DNA of 64,000 nt from assembly GCA_902632605.1 (NCBI GenBank), contig CACPDB010000007.1, positions 2,418-66,417 on the forward strand, in the 5' to 3' direction. Both the position numbers and the translations under genes were made by a program. The DNA is from an uncultured SAR86 cluster bacterium. Its GTDB lineage: Bacteria > Pseudomonadota > Gammaproteobacteria > Magnimaribacterales > AG-339-G14. The notes under the pieces are model-generated. The model was given only the letters and a program-made list of their open reading frames with translations, was not told where the DNA came from and searched no databases. Positions 58,280 through 64,000 of the stretch are shown here, piece by piece. Every line of letters starts with the position of its first letter. The stretch's first letter is position 1.

Positions 58280-59214
58280 TAAAAAGCTTTTTCTATCTGC
58301 TCAATTAAATCCTTGGCAAGGTTTATTCCCTGTTGATCATATAACTCTCTAAAGCAAGTAGGACTTGTAATGTTTATCTCTGTTAGAAAAGATCCCAAGA
58401 TATCTATGCCAGCCACTAAAATACCCTGTTCGATTAATTTGGGTTTTATGGCATTGATAATCTCAAAGTCTCTATCGTTCAACTCTCTTACTTCTGCTTT
58501 ACCTCCAGCAGCAAGATTTCCACGAAAATCGTCACCTTGAGGAATCCTAGTCACAGAAAAGCCACAATCTTCACCAGAAATTAGAATAACCCTTTTATCT
58601 CCTTCAAATACCTCAGGTATAAATTTTTGCACCATCATTTTTTCCTTTTTTTTATCGATAGACTCAAGGCTTTTAAGAAGATTCGCATCTTTTATATGAA
58701 GTCTTTTAATCCCCTCTCCGCCCATCAAGCCTAGAGGTTTGATAACTACTTCGGAATTTCTATCAATGAAATCTTTAATAATTTCTTTCGAAGAAGATAC
58801 TATGGTGTCGGTAATCAAAGAGGGATAATCAAGAATTGCTAACTTTTCATTGTTATCTCTTAAGGCTTTTGGATCATTGAATACTTTAACTCCCAATTTT
58901 GCAGCGGACTCCAAAATATAAGTATTATTGATGTACTCCATATTAAAAGGTGGGTCTTGTCTCATTAAAATTGCATCAAAGAAATCTAAGGATGCAGTTT
59001 TGTTTTCTCCCTTTTCGTACCAGTTAGACTCTTCATACTGAACGGAAATCGATGAAAATTCTGCATAGGGTTTTTCGGCATTAAAAAATAGACAATTTGG
59101 CTCAATGTAAAAAATTTCATGTCCTTTTTCTTGGGCCTCTATCATCATAGCTAACGTAGAATCCTTTCTATAAGAAATCTGAGAGATGGGATCCATAACA
59201 AAAGCTAATTTCAT
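58279..59214 (-). CDS. gshB: glutathione synthetase
   Basis: 311 aa with ATP-grasp. MRQDPPF, VIKPL.GMGG.GI, GD.R.I...G, NLAAGG, EINVTSPT-like EINITSPT. Confidence 0.93.
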   Translation of the reverse strand: MKLAFVMDPISQISYRKDSTLAMMIEAQEKGHEIFYIEPNCLFFNAEKPYAEFSSISVQYEESNWYEKGENKTASLDFFDAILMRQDPPFNMEYINNTYILESAAKLGVKVFNDPKALRDNNEKLAILDYPSLITDTIVSSSKEIIKDFIDRNSEVVIKPLGLMGGEGIKRLHIKDANLLKSLESIDKKKEKMMVQKFIPEVFEGDKRVILISGEDCGFSVTRIPQGDDFRGNLAAGGKAEVRELNDRDFEIINAIKPKLIEQGILVAGIDILGSFLTEINITSPTCFRELYDQQGINLAKDLIEQIEKAF

Positions 59215-59215
59215 T

Positions 59216-59917
59216 TTATTTATTTAATATTTTTAACATTGACAATAATACAGTAGGCACTGTTTCTGTTTTTATGACTAACTCTCCTAAAGAGACTCCC
59301 TTTAGCCCATTGGACTTCATTTTATCAATTTCCTTAGGAGAAAAGCCTCCTTCTGGGCCTATGGAAAAAAAAATTTCGTCTAGATTGGATATGGATTCAA
59401 TATTTTTATTCTCTCCTGGGTGTAGATAAAACTTATTCGCTGAAGATATTTCCTCTTGCCATTGGTCTAAGGTCATATATCCAATTTGAGGCATCCAATT
59501 ATTTCCAGATTGTTCGCAAGCTCCAATAATGACTTTTTTCCACCTTTCGAATTTTTTTTCCGATGGTTTTTTCAAAAACTTTGATCTTTCAGAAGATAAG
59601 CAATCTACTCGATGCACTCCCAATTGTGTTACTTCATTTAAAATTTTTTCAAAGTTTTTAATTTCCGAGATGCCTAATGAGATTTTTGGAAAATTTATTT
59701 CTTTAATTTTTACCTCACCAGTTGAAAAAATTTCACAGGTCTTTTTGTTAATTAAAGAGATAGATGCCTCAAGAAATTGCCCTTTCGAGTTGAATACTTC
59801 TATCTTATCTCCTTCTCGTTTTTTTATAACTAAAAGATGGTGAAAACTATCTTTATCTAGTTTGTAAGTTTTGTTTTTTGTGAGTTCCTTGTCGAGAAAA
59901 ATTCGTGGTATTCTCAT
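59216..59917 (-). CDS. rsmE: 16S rRNA (uracil1498-N3)-methyltransferase
   Basis: MRIPRIF N-terminus, EQSGN and IGPEGGFS motifs. rsmE-gshB order as in E. coli. Confidence 0.88.
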   Translation of the reverse strand: MRIPRIFLDKELTKNKTYKLDKDSFHHLLVIKKREGDKIEVFNSKGQFLEASISLINKKTCEIFSTGEVKIKEINFPKISLGISEIKNFEKILNEVTQLGVHRVDCLSSERSKFLKKPSEKKFERWKKVIIGACEQSGNNWMPQIGYMTLDQWQEEISSANKFYLHPGENKNIESISNLDEIFFSIGPEGGFSPKEIDKMKSNGLKGVSLGELVIKTETVPTVLLSMLKILNK

Positions 59918-59958
59918 ACTTTTATCTTACTGCATATATTTAGCTTGTTTTAATTTTA

Positions 59959-60513
59959 ATGAAAATTTATCTAATAAGACATGGAGAGGCCGCTCAGTCT
60001 TGGGACCAATCAGCAGACCCAGGCTTAAGCGAGCTTGGAAAAGAACAAGCATTGGAATGTTTCAATTCTCTCAGTAAGAAAGAAGATCTAAGTCAATTTA
60101 ATTTGATATCTAGTCCTTTACAGAGAGCTCAAGAAACAAGTTTGCATTTTAAAAAAAATCTTAATAAACAACTCTCTTTGAGTGAAGCCTTCAGAGAAAT
60201 CCCATCTCCGGGAATATCCTTACTAGAGCGAAAAAATTGGCTGCAAGAAGTTTTCAAAAAAAATATTAGTGATTTAGATAAACCTCAACAGAACTGGCAA
60301 TCAAATATTCTTCTAACTTTAAAAGATTTATCTGAGCCGACAATTATTTTTTCCCACTTCATGGTTATCAATATTGTTGTCAGTACTTTAAAAGATGATC
60401 CAAGGGTTGTTTCTTTCTATCCTGATAATTGCTCAATTACTGAATTAAAAAGTGATGAAGGTAAGCTAAGTTTAATATCTACTGGGAATGAATTACAAAC
60501 ACACGTAAATTAA
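59959..60513 (+). CDS. histidine phosphatase family protein
   Basis: N-terminal IYLIRHGEA (RHG catalytic motif), SPLQRAQET, and a later H in FSHF. Confidence 0.75.
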   Translation: MKIYLIRHGEAAQSWDQSADPGLSELGKEQALECFNSLSKKEDLSQFNLISSPLQRAQETSLHFKKNLNKQLSLSEAFREIPSPGISLLERKNWLQEVFKKNISDLDKPQQNWQSNILLTLKDLSEPTIIFSHFMVINIVVSTLKDDPRVVSFYPDNCSITELKSDEGKLSLISTGNELQTHVN

Positions 60514-60785
60514 TGAAAAGCAAGGACCCGAAAAAAGAAGATAGAAAATCGCTAAAATATCAAGTTGGATTAGCCCTTAGAAGATACTTCAAAGAATTGG
60601 ATGGTAATAAAGCAACTAATGTTTTTGAAATGGTGATAAAAGAGGTAGAAAGACCAATGCTCGAAGAAGTTATGAAATTTTGCAGTGGAAATAAATCTCA
60701 AGCTAGCAAGATATTGGGTATTAATAGAGTAACTCTCAGAACAAAACTAAAACAATACAATCTGGATAATGGCAAAAAATCGTAA
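60513..60785 (+). CDS. fis: Fis-family DNA-binding protein
   Basis: 90 aa. C-terminal HTH GNKSQASKILGINRVTLRTKLKQY. fis-purH-purD order as I recall it in Pseudomonas-type genomes. Confidence 0.85.
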   Translation: MKSKDPKKEDRKSLKYQVGLALRRYFKELDGNKATNVFEMVIKEVERPMLEEVMKFCSGNKSQASKILGINRVTLRTKLKQYNLDNGKKS

Positions 60786-62331
60786 AATAAAAATCAAACG
60801 CGCCCTTGTGAGTGTTTCTGACAAAACCGGAATCGTAAATTTTGCAAGAAACCTTCATAAGTTGAATATAGAAATTATTTCGACGGGAGGTACAGAAAAA
60901 TTATTAAGAAAAAATAAGATACCTGTAGTTCCAGCTGAAAAATTTTCGGGTTCACCTGAGATGATGGGTGGTCGAGTAAAAACTTTGGTACCGCAAATTC
61001 ATGGGGGAATTCTTTCTCGACGAAAAGAAGATAAAGAAGAAATTAAAAAACACGATATCAAAGAAATTGATCTGGTTGTAGTGAATCTCTACCCTTTTGA
61101 AGAAACAATAAAAAAACCCAACATTGAATTGGCCGAAGCAATAGAAAATATTGATATCGGAGGTCCCACAATGCTGAGATCGGCTGCTAAAAATTTTTTC
61201 CACGTAGCAGTAGTTTCATCTCCAAGTCTTTATGATTCATTTATTGCAGACTTAGAAACTGAAAACGGAAAGTGTTCATATGAAATTAGAAAAAAATTAT
61301 CTTTGAAGGCTTTTGAACATGTAGCTAACTATGACATTGCAATTGCTAACTTTTTATCTAGCTACGATGATGAGATACCAGAAAACTTTTTCAGTAGTCA
61401 TAAACTAAAACAAGTATTGCGGTACGGAGAAAATCCTCATCAGGAAGCAAATTTTTATATAAATTCAGGGTCTGAAGGTGCGGGCATCACTTCAGCAGAA
61501 CAAATTCAAGGAAAAGAGCTTTCTTATAATAATATTGCAGATGCCGATGCAGCCATTGAATGTGTTGCAAATTTTGAGAAACCCTCTTGTGTCATTGTTA
61601 AACATGCAAATCCTTGTGGGGTTGCTTCGGGGAAAACATTGTTAGAAGCCTATGAGAAAGCTTTTTCTTGTGATGAAACCTCTGCATTTGGAGGTATTAT
61701 TGCTTTAAATAAAGCTCTGGATAAATTTACTGCAAAAAAAATTATCGATAATCAATTTGTTGAAGTGATAGCTGCACCAGCCATTAATCCTGCTGCAAAA
61801 AAAATAATTGCTTCAAAAAAAAATGTTCGTCTTTTATTAATCAAAGATTTATTTAAAAAACCAACTGGATTTAAAACCCTAACAATGAACCAAGGTATTT
61901 TGGTCCAAAATGTTGACGATGGTGTGGTTTCAAAAGAAGATCTCAAAGTAGTAACCAAGAAAAAACCGACTCCCAAACAAGTTAACGATGCCTTATTTGC
62001 CTGGCGTGTAGGAAAATACGTTAAATCCAATGCAATTGTTTATGCAAAAAATAACATGACTCTTGGTATAGGAGCGGGTCAAATGAGCAGAATCGACAGC
62101 GCTGAAATTGCCGTCAGTAAAGCCAAAAAAGCGGGTTTTAATCTTAAAGGAGCTACTATGGCTTCGGATGCTTTTTTTCCATTTAGAGACAGCATTGATG
62201 AAGCTGCAAAGAATGGAATCCAATGTGTTATTCAACCTGGTGGATCAATAAGAGACAAAGAAGTTATTGCAGCAGCTAATGAAGCTAATATGATCATGTT
62301 TTTCACCAGCATGCGTCACTTCAGACATTGA
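60769..62331 (+). CDS. purH: bifunctional AICAR transformylase / IMP cyclohydrolase
   Basis: RALVSVSDKTG, GGRVKTL.P.IHGGIL, YGENPHQ and the C-terminal MRHFRH signature. Confidence 0.97.
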   Translation: MAKNRKIKIKRALVSVSDKTGIVNFARNLHKLNIEIISTGGTEKLLRKNKIPVVPAEKFSGSPEMMGGRVKTLVPQIHGGILSRRKEDKEEIKKHDIKEIDLVVVNLYPFEETIKKPNIELAEAIENIDIGGPTMLRSAAKNFFHVAVVSSPSLYDSFIADLETENGKCSYEIRKKLSLKAFEHVANYDIAIANFLSSYDDEIPENFFSSHKLKQVLRYGENPHQEANFYINSGSEGAGITSAEQIQGKELSYNNIADADAAIECVANFEKPSCVIVKHANPCGVASGKTLLEAYEKAFSCDETSAFGGIIALNKALDKFTAKKIIDNQFVEVIAAPAINPAAKKIIASKKNVRLLLIKDLFKKPTGFKTLTMNQGILVQNVDDGVVSKEDLKVVTKKKPTPKQVNDALFAWRVGKYVKSNAIVYAKNNMTLGIGAGQMSRIDSAEIAVSKAKKAGFNLKGATMASDAFFPFRDSIDEAAKNGIQCVIQPGGSIRDKEVIAAANEANMIMFFTSMRHFRH

Positions 62332-62332
62332 T

Positions 62333-63598
62333 ATGAAAATTTTAGTCATAGGTTCTGGCGGAAGAGAACACGCACTTGTTTGGAAACTTGCCCAAAGCGA
62401 TTTGTGTGAAAAGGTTTTTGTTGCTCCTGGAAATGCCGGTACTGCCGATGAGCCAAAAACAGAGAACGTTGACTTAAATGCTGAAGATTTAGATGGACTA
62501 TTGGATTTTGCGAAAAACAAAGAAATCGATCTCACTATTGTCGGTCCTGAAGCTCCCTTAGTCTTGGGTCTAATTGATTTATTTGAAAAAAATAATTTAC
62601 TTTGTTTGGGTCCTAATAAACTCGCCGCGCAAATGGAAGGCTCAAAGATTTTCATGAAAGATGTTTTAAAGAAAGGAAACATTCCTACTGCAACTTATGA
62701 AGTATTTTCAAATCCTGAACCTGCAAGAGAATATTTAGCAACATGCGATATCCCAATTGTCCTTAAGGCAGATGGTCTTGCAGGTGGCAAAGGTGTGATT
62801 GTTGCTTTTTCTAGAGAAGAAGCTTTAGAAGCGCTAAATTCTTTAATGGTAGATCAAAAACTTGGTTCTGCAGGAGATAATCTTGTTATTGAAGAATTCC
62901 TCAAAGGTGAAGAGGCTAGTTTCATAGTTTTGTGTGATGGTGAAAATGTAATTCCTTTGGCAAGTTCTCAAGATCATAAACAAAGAGATGATGGTGACAA
63001 AGGGCCTAATACAGGCGGGATGGGAGCATATTCCCCTACTCCCTTAATTACTAAAGAACTGAACGAAGAAATTATGCAAGAAATTATTATTCCTACTCTG
63101 GACGAATTAAAACGAAGAAACATAGAATACAAGGGTTTTTTGTATGCTGGTTTGATGATTGATAACCAAGAAATTAAAGTCTTGGAATACAACTGTAGGT
63201 TTGGGGATCCAGAAACCCAACCGATATTAATGAGAATGAAAAGTGATTTTCTTGAATTATGTATAAAGGCTGCAAAGCAGGAATTAAATGGAGAAAAAAT
63301 CGAGTGGGATGAAAGATTTGCATTAGGTGTTGTAATGGCTTCAAAAGGTTATCCTGAAAAATATGAAACTGGTTTTCCAATCTTGGGTATAAGAGAAGAG
63401 AATGAAACTACAAAGGTATTTCATTGTGGAACAAAGAAAGAGGGAGAAGAGATTCTTTCAAATGGCGGTCGGGTTCTATGTGTTACTGGATTAGGAAATG
63501 ATTTAGATACAGCTTTTGAAAAAGCTTACGAAGCTACTTCTAAAATTAGTTGGAGTGGTGCTTTTTACAGAAAAGATATTGGAAAAAGGAATCAGTAA
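62333..63598 (+). CDS. purD: phosphoribosylamine-glycine ligase
   Basis: MKILVIGSGGREHAL.WKL, PGN.GTA, DHKQRDDGDKGPNTGGMGAYSP, EYNCRFGDPE. Confidence 0.97.
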   Translation: MKILVIGSGGREHALVWKLAQSDLCEKVFVAPGNAGTADEPKTENVDLNAEDLDGLLDFAKNKEIDLTIVGPEAPLVLGLIDLFEKNNLLCLGPNKLAAQMEGSKIFMKDVLKKGNIPTATYEVFSNPEPAREYLATCDIPIVLKADGLAGGKGVIVAFSREEALEALNSLMVDQKLGSAGDNLVIEEFLKGEEASFIVLCDGENVIPLASSQDHKQRDDGDKGPNTGGMGAYSPTPLITKELNEEIMQEIIIPTLDELKRRNIEYKGFLYAGLMIDNQEIKVLEYNCRFGDPETQPILMRMKSDFLELCIKAAKQELNGEKIEWDERFALGVVMASKGYPEKYETGFPILGIREENETTKVFHCGTKKEGEEILSNGGRVLCVTGLGNDLDTAFEKAYEATSKISWSGAFYRKDIGKRNQ

Positions 63599-63601
63599 AT
63601 T

Positions 63602-64000
63602 TTAGACAAGTATTTCTCGAAGTGCTTCGCCTGGACTTGGCTCTCTCATAAAACTTTCACCAATAAGAAAACTATGAATACCTTCCTCTTTAGAAGATAA
63701 AATATCTTCTCTTGAATTAATTCCACTTTCAGATACCACAATCACATCTTTGGATATTTGCTTTGCTAATTCTATAGCTAAGCTTTTATCGACCTCAAAG
63801 GTTGTGAGATCTCTATTATTAATACCTAGTAGCCTTGGATCGATGGATAAGGCTGTATTCAATTCATCTTCCGAGTGAACTTCAATCAAAACATCTAAAT
63901 TTAACTCATCTGCTAATTGAGAAAAGTCCTTCAATTTTGCTAATTCGAGAGCAGCAACTATCAGAAGTATACAATCTCCTCCCGAAGCCTTTGTTTCGTA
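63602..64000 (-). CDS. trpC: indole-3-glycerol-phosphate synthase, 5' end beyond window
   Basis: The frame is open to the window edge (..ASGGDCILLIVAALELAKL..LDVLIEVHSEDEL...INNRDL.TF.VD...VVSESGI....D...FLIGESFMR), typical of the TrpC C-terminal half. Confidence 0.85.
   Translation of the reverse strand, partial: YETKASGGDCILLIVAALELAKLKDFSQLADELNLDVLIEVHSEDELNTALSIDPRLLGINNRDLTTFEVDKSLAIELAKQISKDVIVVSESGINSREDILSSKEEGIHSFLIGESFMREPSPGEALREILV

Noticed and set aside
62245-62682. 145-aa minus-strand ORF spanning the purH/purD junction
   Set aside because: It is antisense to two strongly conserved genes. The translation is low-complexity (S/F/K-rich) with no motif, so it is a typical shadow ORF in AT-rich DNA.

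Overview
This is an AT-rich, very tightly packed bacterial chromosomal segment with about 70 genes, short or negative spacers, and no rRNA, CRISPR array, transposase or integrase. Several conserved gene neighbourhoods are gammaproteobacterial in type: priA<>rpmE, coaBC-dut, rpmB-rpmG, zapA-ssrS-ygfA, pepP-ubiH, tesA<>ybbA-ybbP, rsmE-gshB-ruvX-dnaG-rpoD and fis-purH-purD. By inference only, the low GC, high coding density and large TonB-dependent receptors suggest a streamlined marine gammaproteobacterium (SAR86-like). Most of the window is housekeeping. The stretch from about 23.5 to 42 kb is a coherent iron/haem block. It holds a Fur-box-controlled siderophore-interacting reductase with an extra N-terminal domain, divergent from an unknown secreted Trp-rich protein. 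It also holds a complete haem pathway locus (hemG, hemF, hemH, hemE, hemB, extended hemC) divergent from a 5-aminolevulinate synthase, two TonB-dependent receptors and an FbpABC-type Fe3+ importer, with Fur boxes at three promoters. A second unexplained unit lies at 51.9-54.2 kb: two paralogous small proteins with a COQ4-type HDxxH...E metal motif bracket two membrane proteins in one tight operon. Features missing from the ORF track are rpmG (L33), a 6S RNA, a tRNA with anticodon CAT, Fur boxes, two hairpin terminators, and a probable ATT-initiated N-terminus for a PQQ-dependent sugar dehydrogenase. I saw no defence-system or mobile-element signatures. All functional calls rest on motif-level reading of the translations and on synteny, not on database searches.
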